Origin: Camelus ferus
Taxonomy: Eukaryota
Direction: 5' to 3'
DNA length: 64,000 nt
NCBI RefSeq assembly: GCF_009834535.1
Contig: NC_045697.1
Coordinates: forward strand, 107,882,001 to 107,946,000
Positions within the stretch are counted from its first letter, which is position 1; every line of letters begins with the position of its first letter. Positions 14,205-27,330 of the stretch are shown piece after piece. The notes beneath the pieces are model-generated. The model ran no database searches, was not told the DNA's origin, and was given only the letters and a program-made list of their open reading frames with translations. The position numbers were made by a program, and so were the translations under genes.

Positions 14205-14810
14205 CCATCCCCTGATATCCGGGGAGGGGAGATGGGCTAGAGGTTGAATGAATCGCCAGTGGCCAATGATTCAGTCATCCGTGACTGCGTAATGAAACCT
14301 CCGTAAGAACCCACAAAGACTGGGTTTGGAGAGCCTCAGGGCTGGAGGACACGTGGAGGTGCTGGGAGAGAGACGTGCCCATGGAGGGCATGGATGCTCC
14401 GCTCCCTGCCGCATGTACCTTACCCGGTGCATCTTGTCATCTGGCTGTTCCTGAGTTATATCCTTTTATGATAAAGCAGTGATCTAGTCAGTAAAATGTT
14501 TCTGAGTTCTGTAGGCCACTCTAGCAAATTCATTGAACCCAAGGCAATGGTTGTTAGAACCTCTGATTTATAGTCGATTGGTCAGGAGCGCAAGTGACAA
14601 CTTGGACTTGAATTGGCATCTGAAGTGTGTTGTGTGTTGAGGGTTGGGGAGGGGCAGTCTTGTAGGACTGAACCCTTGACCTGTGTGTGGGGTGGGCTGC
14701 TCTCTCTGGGTAGATGTTGTTGGAATTTAGTTGGAAAGAAGGACATCTTGCTTGGTGGTGTGGGGACCACCCCCTACCACTTACACACCCCCCCACTGGA
14801 ACTGGTGAGA
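14205..14810. mobile_element. MER21-like ERVL LTR fragment
   Basis: Resembles recalled MER21 consensus (tggccaatgatt...gtaatgaaacctcc...ctgagttctgt...ctctagcaaatt...gaacccaagg); boundaries approximate. Confidence 0.7.
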
Positions 14811-15434
14811 GATCACCCATGAGAATACAAGAGGAGATTTGCACTATGATGGGTTCTTTGCCTTTTTCTGCCACTGTTGTCATTTGGTACCCACTCTGAG
14901 CCAGAGTTTCTGAGGTTATGAGACAAAACTATTGGAGGAGGCGCTGGCTCTGGTAGCACATTATATTGAGAAGGCAGACACAGACATAATTGTGATACTG
15001 GTAACAGTGCCTTAGGAGAGGGCTGTGAACATCGTGGGAGGCAGAGAGTGGCTCTGTGTTGGAGTAGGAAGCCTAGAAGCCTTCCTGGAGAAGGTGACAC
15101 AGAAGCTAGACTTTGTAGGGTGACCAGGCATTTGTCAGGCAAGGGGAGCGGAAGGCACACTGCAGGGGGAGGTAGCAGTGGGTGCACAGGCTCGGAGGCA
15201 CAGAGGGATGGCAGAGCTGTGGAGAGATGGGGCCGCGTGTGGAGATTGAAGTGTGAAGGCCCTTACAGAAGGGAGAAGCCCTTGACAAGTTTTCATAGAA
15301 GAGTGAGCCCTCAGGGCTGGCAGGATGCATGAGTGAGGTGGGGAGAAGATGTGACTGGTCCTGGCTGTGGCTCGGGTAGTGGCTGGCTGGGAACAGACCG
15401 CACAGACACTGACGCCGGCCCTCTGTCGTTCCAG

Positions 15435-15625
15435 GTATCTGATCCCTTGCAATCACATGATGCTGAGTCAACGGTGGGCCGTGAAGGAGAGAGACTGTTA
15501 CTCCGTTTCTGCGGCCAAGCTGCTTGCCTTGACCCCCGTCTGCTGCTCCAGCGGGATCACCCTGACACTTGGGAACCAGGAGAGGGATTATATTCTCTGG
15601 TCAAAGTGCACGCATGATAATCCAG
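15435..15625 (+). CDS. FHIP1A: FHIP1A coding exon (R)YLIPCNHMMLSQRWAVKERDCYSVSAAKLLALTP...SKCTHDNP
   Basis: ttccag|G acceptor, CAG|gtagga donor; 191 nt, phase 2/1; AG+G rebuilds the Arg codon. Confidence 0.92.
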
Positions 15626-16065
15626 GTAGGAGGACCTCTCTGGTACTGATCATCTTTAAACGAACGGGTGCCAAGTTCCATCGCGCTCTCTCTCTCTCTA
15701 GGTAGACGCGGAATGATGCAGTGGGTCCCATTTCTTTTACGACTGACTAGTTGGGGGTCCTCTTCTGCTTCGTAGAGAATCATAGACACCTGCGATCAGT
15801 GTTCATTGACATGCCCAGTTCTCACCTCGTCAGTGAGACCTTTATTTTAACTAGGCTTTCTAGGGGTCTCCTCGAAGTCCAAATACGACACGAAAACGTG
15901 TACTTGCTTGTCTCCTTAGACAAAATGGGGCGGGGGGTGTGGAGGTGGCTAGGGCTCAGATAGAATTCGCCCTTATTTTAATTTCCAAAGTTACCCATTT
16001 ATGGATGCTTGCCTGCCCATAATATATCATTCTAAAACGTGAAATTTGTGATATGGCAACAGTAT

Positions 16066-16666
16066 TGTTACCCTAGAGCAGGTTCTTGTTTCTCTCAGGA
16101 AAGAATTCAAGAGTGAGCCACAGTAAAGTGAAAGCAAGTTTATTTAGAGAGATACACACTCCATAGACAGTGCGGTCTGTCTTAGAAGGGAGAGCAGCCC
16201 TGCGAAAACCACATTTTATATTAAAGTGAAAGTAGATTTATTCAGAGGGATGTATACTCCATGCACAGAGTGTAGGCTGTCTCAGAAGGCCAGAGAGATG
16301 GCCCCAGGGTATGGGGTCGTCTCGGAAAGCAAGAGTGGGTTCTGAGGAGCGGGCATGGTTGGTTTTTATGGGTTGGGTAATTTCATAGGCAAGTGGGAGG
16401 ATTATTCCAACTACTTTGGGGAAGGGGCAGAGATTTTCAGGAGTTGCCCCCCTCCTGGCCTTTTATGGTCAGGAACTATCATGGTGACTGTCGTGTGTCA
16501 TTTAGCAGCTAATGTATTACAATGAGCCTATAATGAGGCTCGAGTTCTGCTGGAAGTGAATCTTCCGCCATCTTGGCCTAGTTGGTTCTAATCAGTTTAT
16601 GTCGTATCTTCAATAGCTGTGTTGTTTTTTTAATGGTTGTGCCCTGCCCCCTTCCCTCCTGTCTCA
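16066..16666 (-). mobile_element. ERV solo LTR (~600 bp)
   Basis: TG...CA termini (TGTTA...TCTCA on +); on - an AAGATGGCGG motif and AATAAA copies near the 3' end. Confidence 0.75.
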
Positions 16667-17634
16667 AGATATGATTCATTTGATTGACCTCGTGAGGGTT
16701 TTTCATAATTACTCTGATGTGCCAGGAGTCATGGTGCCCATGTGGTTGGTGTTTGCCAGCTGTGGTAGTTGATCTCGTACAAGTAAAATTTAAATGGCGA
16801 CCTGTGTCAGCTTTGGTCCTCCCTCCACAGGCAGCTGTAGCAAGGAGGCATTTGTGTGTCTTTGGTGGTCAGGAGGCTGCTTCAGTTCAGGAAGATTCTG
16901 TCTGTCCTGTGACCACTAGGAAATGGTCCAGGCCCAGTGTTGACTCCAGGTTTCCCGTCTATATTTTGATAGCCCCCCAAACAATGTCATTTTGTCCACC
17001 CAGCTGTAGTCCTCTTAGATAACAGATGTTGTCTAAGAGCTGGGCTGCTTGACTAAGAAAATGTCAGCATTTGTGATATAAATGTAATTTTTGGAAATTA
17101 GGGTTGTCTTACTGGTTCTTGGTTTTTAAATAAAGATATAGTGCATCGTGTAAATTAGTAATTTACTCAGCAGTATAACAAGTTGTATATTAAATATATT
17201 TTCCTGTTAGGTAAACTAGTATGGGTATCTTATATTTTCCTACCCAGTAATTACTTTTAAAAACATATTTAAGAAATTGATGTCTTTTTTATTTACTAAA
17301 GAAGTTGTTTTAAGAATGATTCTATGGCTGACCTTTAAAAAGAGTTCAGATTTCAAGTTAAACATACGATGGTTGAGTGCCTGCAACTTGCCACGTCCCT
17401 TCTCTGTGTTATCACATTTAATCCTTTGAAGATAGTCATAGTCTCAATTTACAGAAATAGACTCAGAGAGAGGCATTGACTGGTTCAAGGTTACCTACAG
17501 CTGGTAGTAGGTCCTCTGATTCCAGATCCCATGTTCTTCCCACTCTCCTCCCTCTGGGGTTGCTTTCTGGTGGATAAATGTCCCCATGGTGGTTATGTGG
17601 ATAAGGAGGTGGGTAGATAGACAGTTTAATTGTG

Positions 17635-17815
17635 CAGTGGTTAAGAATCTCAGCTCTGCTACTGCCTTAGGCAAGTTATTTGATCTTTCTAAGCTTTTCT
17701 CCTCATCTGTAAAATAGTACCTTCCTCAAACGGTTGCTCCAAGGATAGGTGATGTAGGACATACAAAGCTGTTAGAAAATTGCCTGGTTTGTAGTAAGTG
17801 GTAAATAAATATTAT
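17635..17815 (+). mobile_element. MIR SINE remnant (further MIR-like remnants at ~17400-17545 and ~18010-18165)
   Basis: Core ggcaagttattt...ctcatctgtaaaat...aaataaatatt. Confidence 0.65.
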
Positions 17816-18608
17816 CAGTAGTCAAAGTGGATAAGAGAGAGACTTTTAACAGTAGAGCTGTAAAAAATGAATTGTGTCTACCCTAGTGACATGAAAATTT
17901 GTATTCTCAAAGGTTCAGTCTGAAGGGAGTCTGAAGGGACAAAAGGCTTGAAAGGTGTGGCATCGAACAAAATAAGGAGAGAGGTTGATGTGAGACAGCT
18001 TCTGCTTGACTTGTGGCTCTGCCCCCGACCCACTGGGTGATCTTCGTCTCAGCATCAGTTTCTTCATCTGTAAATGGAGAAAATAGTATCTCCCTATACT
18101 GTCGTTGTGAGGATTAAATTAGGGAACATTCATAAAGCACCTGTCAGGTAGTAGATGTTCAGGAAATGGTAGAGTTTGTATTTTCCCTTGTCTGAGTCCT
18201 TTCTCTTTTTCTAAAGGAAAATGTAAACTTAAATATGGATGTTTTCACAGCTATTTCAGTTACACGGTTGAGAACTTTTTACATCAAAGGTAGTCAGAGT
18301 ATAATTCTTAGGTTAAAGGGTTATTTTGGTAGTGAATATGACTTTATCGTAAGACACCATTTGGTACAATATGTACAACATCTCAGGAGTTCCTAGGAAG
18401 GTGGAATGAGTTAAACTTTTTGAAAACCCCAGGGGTTTCTAGAACACATCTCTTCTCCAAATTCATGGATTATATAGGCTTTCCAGTTTAGAGTCAGAGT
18501 AAAATTCTTTTTATTACCTACTCTGTGCCAGGTACCATATTCGATATATTACCTAATAAGTTAATCCTCTCAGCAACTTGAGAGGTTGCCATTATTAGCT
18601 CTTATTAC

Positions 18609-18705
18609 TCTCTCTCTCTCTTTTTTTTCAATGGAGGCACTGGGGATTGAACCCAGGACCTTGTGCATGCTAAGCATGTGTGCTGCCACTGAGCTACACC
18701 CTCTC
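18609..18705 (-). mobile_element. tRNA-Ala-derived short SINE (vic-1-like, camelid)
   Basis: Reverse complement GGGTGTAGCTCAGTGGCAG...CTTAGCATGCACAAGGTCCTGGGTTCAATCCCCAGTGCCTCCA plus A/GA tail; Pol III A and B boxes. Confidence 0.8.
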
Positions 18706-19014
18706 CTCTCCCCCATCAAAAACTGATACCAAGTAACAGACTTCTGCTGGCAATAGCCAGTATCTGACCGGCCAGATTGGGTCTATATATTTGTGAAGGT
18801 AGAGTTTCTGTTCTCAACTTTCCTTCTTAAAGTCTAACCACTTAAAAAAAACATTATTTGGGTATCATTTAATCAGAAAATACTAGAACCAAAGTAGCTG
18901 GTGGGACAGAGCCTTGGCAGCCCCGTGTGTCTCATTCCCGTCCACTGCTGGGTCCCCCCCTCCTCGTGAGCGTCAGAAGGGGTCCGGTTCTGACTTGTGT
19001 GTCTCCCGGGCCAG

Positions 19015-20175
19015 GGCCCACGGAGCAGCCGCTGCCCGAGGCCTTCCCGCCATCGGCCTGCATCGTGGAGTACGGCAAAGCCCTGGACATCAGCTACCTG
19101 CAGTACCTGTGGGAGGCCCACACCAACATCCTCCGCTGCATGCGGGACTGCCACGTGTGGTCCGCCCTGTACGACGGGGACTCCCCCGACCCCGAGGCGC
19201 TTTACCCGAGTGTGCCGGCTCCGTCTGAGGAGAGGGCTCCGAGCTCCGCCCACCCCGTGCTCGGGCTCCCGCAGCCACTCCCCCAGAAGATGGGGCCCCC
19301 GCGGGCTCCCAGGAAGGAGAAGAGCCACACGGAGCTGGAGTGGGACGACAGCTACGACACCGGGATCTCCTCGGGGGCGGACGCGGGCTCCCCGGGGCCC
19401 TACGAGGATGCGGAGAGCTCGGGCCCCCCCGCCCCGGTCGACCCCCCCAAACATATCCAGGAGATGAAGAAGAACGCCATCCTGCTCTTCAAAGGCGCCT
19501 ACATCGAGGAGTCCGACTTTCAGGATGACGTGATGGTGTACAGGCTGTGTGCCGAGAAGGACGCGGAGGACACCAGGAACTCACGGGAGGACCCTGAGGG
19601 ACCCCCAACCCCAGCCCAGACTGCAGTCCAGAGCCCGCCTGTGAACAATGGCCCCCTGCCCCGTCCTCAGCCAGTGTCAGAGTCAGAGTCAGAGGAGGAA
19701 CAGAATAGGGATGATTCGGACGAGTTTCACAATGTGTCCAGGGAACCGGAACCAGAGAAAGAGCCTGAAGTTGCCCTAGAACCGAACTCCGAGGTAGCAG
19801 CCCCCACCTCCAGGGCTGAGCAGGGTGCACACCCGACGGTGACTAACCCCGAGGGTGAAGACTTCATTGCCCAGTATGACCAGATCATTAAGGAACTGGA
19901 TTCTGGCACCGAGGGCTTTTTGGAGCAGAGTTTCTCCACACCTGATCCCTTGCCTCTCCCAAAAGAGCCTGATGGGGAGGGAGAGGAGAGCAAAGGAGGA
20001 GAGGAGGAGGGAGAGGAGGAAGGGAGGAAGGAGCCGGAGGAGGAGGAGGATGACTTTGATGCTTTCATATCTGAGACTCCTGCCGCAGAGACCCAGCCGT
20101 CCCCATTTGGGGCCAGAGATGAAGCTGCCTTTGCCAGTCAGCGTCCTGCGAGGACTCAGAGCACGCCGTTTACAG
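19015..20175 (+). CDS. FHIP1A: FHIP1A large coding exon (G)PTEQPLPE...ELEWDDSYDTGIS...STPFT, with acidic low-complexity region
   Basis: ccag|GG acceptor, ACAG|gtgaca donor; 1161 nt, phase 1/1; lies inside ORF 18927..20249; motifs ISYLQYLWEA and EDFIAQYDQII. Confidence 0.93.
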
Positions 20176-20958
20176 GTGACACTCTTAATTGCATTGTGGT
20201 TTCTGCTTTTGAAAGTACTTGTACATATTGTACCAGAAGAGTAAGGTAGGTAAAGGTAAGAAGCATGATCACTTTACCTAACAGAGGGGTGAAGCTATTG
20301 TAAGGAGCAGGGAGGGGTGGTTTCATTTTTCAAAAAATTTCATTCACTCGCAATGACTGTCTTGGTTTTTTTTTTCCCTAGCAAATTAGAGGTTAAATTT
20401 TGCTGCTGAGTAACTTCCCTTGGTATGTGTTTGATAAAACCATAGGACTGATTAAGCCACACAGAAAAGGCTGTCTCAGTATTTAATAGCCTTATTTCCT
20501 TTAGTCTAATTTATATTTTTCTCAGCATTTGTTTTTATGCATATTTTAAAAAAATTTACAGTTTCTGCCACTGAAATGTGTGCTTTATGAGGACACGGGG
20601 GTTGGCTTATTCTCGGCTGTCTTCTAGACTTGAACAGTGTACAGAGTACATAGTAGGTGCTCAGAATACCTTGAATCAGTGTAGCTGTGTACACACATCA
20701 GAGGGAGGCCATTGGGGTTAGTCGTGCCTTTGCCTGGGAGCTCATTTCAGTTAATCACAAAATGTTCATACAAAAGTAAATGGAGTGGACCTACATAAAC
20801 TCATCACTGTACCAAAGGATGAGTGTGTTCCCATGATATACCCCTAACAGCAGGGAGAAATCATGGAAGAGGCAGAGGGACAGGAGAGGGTATCAGGTAA
20901 ATGGATTGGTGTGAGGAATTATGGTAGAATTTTCATTAAATTATTAGCTAAGTAAAAT

Positions 20959-21650
20959 TGTTACTGAACTGAGGTTCGGTTGCTTGCCACTGAAAAGCCA
21001 GTACTTGAGAGACAAGTATTGGTAGGAAAGGAAAGATTGCATTATTCAAGGGGCTGGCAGCCTGGGGCGAAGATGGACTCATGTTCAAAAGTCAACTGCC
21101 CCCCGGGTGAACAGAGGGCAAGCGCTTTTAAAGGAGAGTGTCAAGGGGGCATAGGTGGAGGGAGGCGCTACATGCAGAACAGCACAGTCAGCTCTGACAA
21201 TCATCTTAAAATTAGACATGCAGAGGTCTGATCAGGGTCATCTTGATTGTTTTAAGTACAGTTAATCTTCAGTTCCAGGGTCAGTTTGTTCCCATCTCTT
21301 TGAGGCCAGTTCTCGAAATTGTGTCATGGCTACAGTCTGGTCAGCATGCAGTTAACTTCTTCCACCTGGTGGGGGTTTCAGTCTCTGTAAAACAGCTCAA
21401 AGGGCATGGCTCAGAATATTATCAACAGCCCTGGAGGAGGAACTAAAGGCCCTTGACTTTGTTTAATGGCTAAACTCTTATTATTTTTGTCTTGCTTGAC
21501 TGTATTCCTTTACTTTTGTATTTTCTCATTTCTCTGATTCAATTTATTCTTCAGCTAAAGTTTTTCTACAGACAAGAGGCAAGTGGAGGACATGGTGGGT
21601 GGTGGTGGGGTTTTTCCTGGGAAGGCCCCACAGGATCCTGCTCCATCACA
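20959..21650. mobile_element. ERV1-type solo LTR (692 bp)
   Basis: TGTTA...TCACA termini with a perfect 4-bp TSD AAAT (20955-20958 / 21651-21654). Confidence 0.8.
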
Positions 21651-22245
21651 AAATCTGAACCTGCAAATCATGATACTCGGGGACCTGGCACAGAGGAGGT
21701 TCCTCAGGCTCAGGGACATCTGGGGTGGGACCCCTGAATGGTTTTCAGTTAGAGGAGAGGTCCCTGAAGGAGCTGGCATCTCAGAGGGACAGACTGGTCT
21801 TGGGGTCGGGCCTGTGGGAGAATGCTGGCTCTGACCCTTCCTGCCATGTGGCCTTGGTGCCCTAACCCTGGGACGACTAAATGTGATACTGAGGTGGGGT
21901 GGGGGCTGTGTCATCACTGTTATCACAGGCAGCCCGCAGCAGCCTCAGCTGAGGCCTGTCCTTCCCTGGCCAGCAGGGAGCAGCTTGGTGGGGAGAGACC
22001 ATGCCCCTACCTCCCTGGGGTCACCCAAAATACATGAAATTACAGCACTTCCAGGTCAGCTGGCAGGTGTAACATCATTTCAAGGAGCTCTTCCACCCTC
22101 CTCCAACATTTATTACTCTGTTTGCTGGTGCCTGAAAATTTATTTAAACAGGGAGAAAGCTTTTAATTCCACAATGAAAAGGCTTGAGGTTCTAGCAGAG
22201 ATAACAGTTCAGTGCAAATAGATTTTAATTAATTTTCAATCAGTC

Positions 22246-22617
22246 GTATGATATCACTTATACGTGGAATCTAAAAAAATAAGACAAATGAACTTATTTA
22301 CAAAACAGAAATGGACTCCTAGACGTAGAAAACAAACTTACAGTTACCAGCTGGGAAAAGGGGTGGGAAGGGATAAATTGGGAGTTCGAGATTTGCAGAT
22401 ACTAACTACTATATATAATAGATAAACAACAAGTTCATACTGTATAGTACAGGGAACTATATTGAATATCTTATAGTAACTTATGGTGAAAAAAATATGA
22501 AAATGAATATATGTATGTTCATGTATGACTGAAGCATTATGCTGTACACCAGAAATTGACACATTGTAAACTGACTATACTTCAAAAGTTAAAAAAAAAA
22601 AAATATATATATATAAA
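22246..22617 (+). mobile_element. Short 5'-truncated young L1 3' end
   Basis: Same 3' UTR type as 4030-4320; A/AT tail; TSD TTCAATCAGTC (22235-22245 / 22618-22628). Confidence 0.88.
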
Positions 22618-24203
22618 TTCAATCAGTCAATCATAAGTACAAAGGGTCAAATAATCTGGCTTTTCCTAATTGCTATGGGAAGAGGGAAGGGAGGCACTGA
22701 AGGCAGGGCAGAGAGCTTGGTGGGAGGGAAGGGGACAGAAGTGACCCAGCTCAGCCCCAGTTCTGCCCCCGGGTTACTCTCACCTAGCAGGAGTCCCAGC
22801 TTTGTCTGCAGTGTTCTCCAGGACATCTGGGCTACCCACCGCTAATGAAGATTGTTCTTTAGAATGCCAGCTTGCTTATAAAGGAGCTTCATCCCTGGGA
22901 AATATGTAAATTGAGGAAACAAAGTATAGCTTAGGGCAAAAAGAAAGTGAATACACCGCTTGTTCAATAGCATCAATATTTTGAATGATACACCTGAGAA
23001 CAAAACAATCTGAGTTTTCTGACACATATAGGTAATTTTAGCTAAAGCCTCTCCTTTTTCCTCCTTTGAAACTTGTATATGGCTTCAGGAAATGTACTTT
23101 CTCCTTCCATGTATCCAAGCTTTGTAGTTTCTGAATTTCTGAATCTGTTCTGCAGCCTTTGGCTTAACTCCCCTCTCTCCATGGCATCCTGATTTCCGCT
23201 GAAATGAATCTGCTTCTCAGCAAAGTCAAAGCATCCCATTTCATTGATCTAATTAATTGTATTTATTCATGGGTTCAGCAATCTTTTATTGATCTCCAAA
23301 TGTTTGGCAGGTTCTGTGCCAGTTACCAAGGACACAAAAATGAAGGGACCTGTAGACTTTCAGAGGAGACGTAAACAAAGAACAGTACTCTCTTCGTGAG
23401 AGATGTGTAACAGTCATTGTATTTGAATTTTTGGGGAGCTCAGTGGGAGGGGTTGGGGTGGGAAAGACTTCACAGAGGAGGAACAGAGTGACCAGAAGCC
23501 TCCGGGTAAAAGTGGCGGAGGATGACAGTCCAGGCAGAGGAAATGACAAGTGAAGACAAAGGAGCCTGACAGCGCATGGACGTGATGGGCACGGATCATG
23601 GGAGGCAGAGAGGAAGCCACAAAGCTAGTTGATGCCAGCTCATGGGGGCCCTCGGGCCAAGCTGAGGAATGGTGGTCTTGTGCTCCTGGCACTGAAGATG
23701 CCTTCAAAGTATTAGAGTTGGTGAATGATGTGACCAGATCTGTATTTGGAAAGGAAAAAGCTAGCTTGGAGAGCATGGAGAGAGCACTGGGGAGAGGTTG
23801 GCACCAGGAAGAGCAAAGTAAGACATGTCATCATGTCCGAATTGAGAATGTGCCAGTAATAATGCCCCTGGGAACATTTTCACAGCTGTGCTCACACGGA
23901 TGTGCCAAGATGTGTACACAGAGGTGTTCACTGCACCGTTATTTGTAATAGAAAATGGCCAGGAGTAACCTAAGTGTCCACCAGGAGGGGACTGCTTTTG
24001 CTAATGCAATACCCATGGCAACCGAATATCTTGTGAATGAGTGACACAGCTGTGTGTGTGCTGATGTGGGGTGTCTCTGGGATATAAAGTGCAGTGGAAA
24101 ACCAGGGGGCTGAATGGTGTGTAGACAAGGTTGTCATCTTGTCATTTGTTTAAAAAATGGTGTTTTTTTTTTTTTTTTACACCAGGAGATTGACACATGC
24201 ACA

Positions 24204-24205
24204 AC

Positions 24206-24240
<35 letters not shown>

Positions 24241-24247
24241 CGCACAC
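24204..24247. repeat. (CA)n microsatellite
   Basis: Directly visible imperfect AC run. Confidence 0.9.
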
Positions 24248-24269
24248 CAGGATTCAAGACAGTGCATTG

Positions 24270-24475
24270 GTTGAGAGCATGGGAGCTGGAAACAGATGGC
24301 CTGAATTAAAATTGTGACACCTTCATGTACCACCTGTGCACTGGGCATTCTGTGTCATCTTTAAAGGGGGGTAAATAATAAGCACACTTTGTAGGTTGTG
24401 AATATTTAAGCTCACTGGTACATGGAAAGTGCTTAGAACACTGCCTGGCACATAACGTGATTAATAAATGCTTTT
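24270..24475 (+). mobile_element. MIR-like remnant
   Basis: ggttgagagcatggg...tcatctttaaa...aaagtgcttagaacactgcctggcacata...aataaatg. Confidence 0.6.
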
Positions 24476-25989
24476 AAGGATAAACCAGTTATTAGTTTAT
24501 GATAGGCATAGAAGTTTATTAGTTTTATTATACACGTATTTCTGGAAGAATACACTCGGATCTGTTAACAGGGGTTGCCTCCAGGCAGGAGGTCTGTTCT
24601 TTATAATTCTGGTACTGTTGGAAGAAAAAAAAAATTAGATCATTTTAATCTTTAAAACAGAAACTGTTGCTAAGTCCAACAGTTGGCAGAGGTGGTGGCA
24701 GAGGTGCTGGTTTGCCTTCGGGAGAGGGTTCCAGGGTGGAAGCGATGGGGCGGGGCCAGGGCAGGGCCAAGCCAGGGGCGGGGCCAGGGCGGGGCATAGT
24801 GGAGGCTCCTCCCACAGCTGGGAAACTCGGGGTTGGGGATGTTACACTGAGGAGAGAAGGCAACGACAGGGAGGGGTGGTGGACACAGTGTTAGTCGTTC
24901 TGAAAATTCAGTATTTTACAGGTGGGGAATTTATGTGTCTTCCTAGAGGAAGGGGGGAAAAACTATCTCATCTCCAATACACACCTGTGGCTTTCTGAAT
25001 TATAGCTGAGTTTTCTCATTTTCAGCTGCTTGCCAGGTTCTCCTAGCAACTGCTTTTTGCTAAGCAGTTTTTTTTTTAACTGCTAGAAATCAACTAAAAA
25101 TAAAATAGGAACTTGTAAAGGTTTAATATATGTCTCTTATTGCACATGCCTAAGAAATTGTAATTAATGTCGTTAGTGGATTACAATGACAGTCTGCTGA
25201 TCTTGACCTACTAGCCTGTCGTTCAGGTGAGACAGTTATGACACCTCCTCTCCGCAGGGCGCGGGGTTCAGGCTGGGTTTTTCCCTCACTCACAGCAGCG
25301 ATGGACCATAGATGTTCTCCGTGGCCACCGCACGGTTCAGCGGTCGTGTTTGTAGGATAGCTGGAGGCCAAGTATAGGGAAGGGAAGTTGAGCGCTCATA
25401 TTAAGGAGATCTGTTTTATAGGAGGTGCTTCCCTCCCAAGTGTCACTTAATTCACCTGTCTTTGCTCTTCTGGAAGGAAATAAATGCTGAGCCCTACAGG
25501 ACTGTGGGGGAGTGGTGAGAGGGGATGGGAAAAGACTGGGTGCGGGCTTGAGTGAGGACAGCAGCCTTCTCCTTGCAGATCTTCCTGGAGGGCTAGAATT
25601 AAGAAGAGCTACGTACCGGCAACATTTCTGGGGTTCTGGATGGAATCTCATCAAATTGCTTTCAAAGTGGGGTTCCAATCTAGAATTTCTGAATGTGTTT
25701 GGCAAACTCTCCCACTTTTGTTCTGTAAGCAGTGGCTCCCCAGAGCCTTTCTGTTCAAGAGTTCATTGACCTCCTGTGTGATGGAAAGTGACTCAGGAGC
25801 TCAGCCCCCTCCCAAGGATGGGGAAGTGGGGGCTAATCTCAACATACAGGCGAGAGTCTCTTCTATTTCGAGGCCTGGTAGAGTCCTCCTCCATGTTCCT
25901 TGTGCTGGGAACATTGCCATTACCCCCTGCTCTTTGCCTGCCTGGGTGAGGCTTAGTTTGGTGTCCCATTCCTCACAGATTTCTTGTTT

Positions 25990-26185
25990 CTGTTTCTTTC
26001 TTTTTTTTAATTGACGTATAGTCAGTTACAATGTGTTAGTTTCTGGTGTACAGCACAATGTCCTAGTCATGCATATATATATATACATATATTCATTTTA
26101 TTATTTTTCATTAAAGGTTATTATCAGATATTGAATATAGTTCCTTGTGCTATACAGAAGAAATCTGTTTTATTTTGTTTTTTAA
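25990..26185 (-). mobile_element. Very short L1 3' end
   Basis: T-rich tail then aattgacgtatagtcagttacaatg..., the reverse of the L1 3' terminus seen at 22.5 kb and 44.4 kb. Confidence 0.8.
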
Positions 26186-27330
26186 ACTATGTTTCTTGTA
26201 GAGGATTTATCCTCTTACACCACTAAGGCTTCTGAATGAAGCATCTCATGAGGAAGTATGTTTTTGTTAAACTCTTATTAATGTTGGTGAAATCTTCATA
26301 AGGCATGTTTATTCATCAAGGGTTATGTGCTTTTGTTATAAATATGCCATGGTTTAGTGGCATCATCAATAGCTCCAGTGGGGAAAAGAGAAAATTCTCA
26401 TTGATTTTGCTTAATGGACCACTTTTATGGTGAAAATGGGAAACATCTTCAAGTAATTTTTTAAACGCAGGATTTATTTTCTTGATTTTCCCTGTCTTCA
26501 GTGAACTCAGACATAAAGCATATTATTCTTCGAGTGACCCAATTTAGTCAAAGCTGCTTTTTGCCTAATTTTCTTTCTTTCTTTTTTTTTTTTACAAACT
26601 GCTTTTATAGTCATAGGGATTTCCCTTAAGGAAGTACTACACGCCAAACTATAGCTCCCCAAACCGAGTCCCTTTCCCCTCTCTCCTGTCCCCTCTCCTC
26701 TCTCCCTTGTACCTGAAAATTAAGCATGACCCTAAAGTTATGGCAACGCTGCGTTCACTCCTCACTTTTCTTTTGATTCTTCCACGTTGTGACGTTAGTG
26801 AGACAGAATCTTTCCCATGGTGCTTATGGGGGACAGACAATCCCTGTTCACAGCGCTATTGTTTGGTAAACACAGTTGGTATGTGTTTGCTATTCTTTAA
26901 TAAGACGAATGTTTTTTTCACTAAGACTTCTGAAGGGCTCTAATGTTTGCATGAAGCCCTACAGGACGCAGCATCACAGGACGATGAATGGCATGTCTTT
27001 GAGCACTGGCAGCCCCAAGAAATACAGAAATAGTATGGAAAGTATATTTTGATTTTAAAAATTATTTGTCATCTGTTTTTTTCAAGGTCTATGATAATTT
27101 TCAAAGGATTGAAACTGCTCCCAGCATCAGAATGCTAGCTCCCCTGCACGTGTTCCTGCTTTCTTTTTGTGGCGGTGGTTGGGATGGGAGGCAGAAGACC
27201 TGGCTGCATTTGCCGCCTTTGTATTTGATTTGCACCTGGTGGGCCAGCGGGGGCTCCCGTGGCTCCTTGGTTTGGGGGGAGAGATGTCCCATGTGCCCAG
27301 CCAGCCCTGAAGCCTCGTGTCCTTCCGCAG

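Noticed and set aside
18630..18703. tRNA-Ala(AGC)-like sequences here and at ~29773-29845
   Set aside because: Stem mismatches, A-rich tails and a TSD on the second copy identify them as tRNA-derived SINEs, not tRNA genes.
18873..19454. 193-aa antisense ORF and other overlapping ORFs across the large FHIP1A exon
   Set aside because: Expected shadow ORFs of GC-rich coding sequence; no recognisable protein features.
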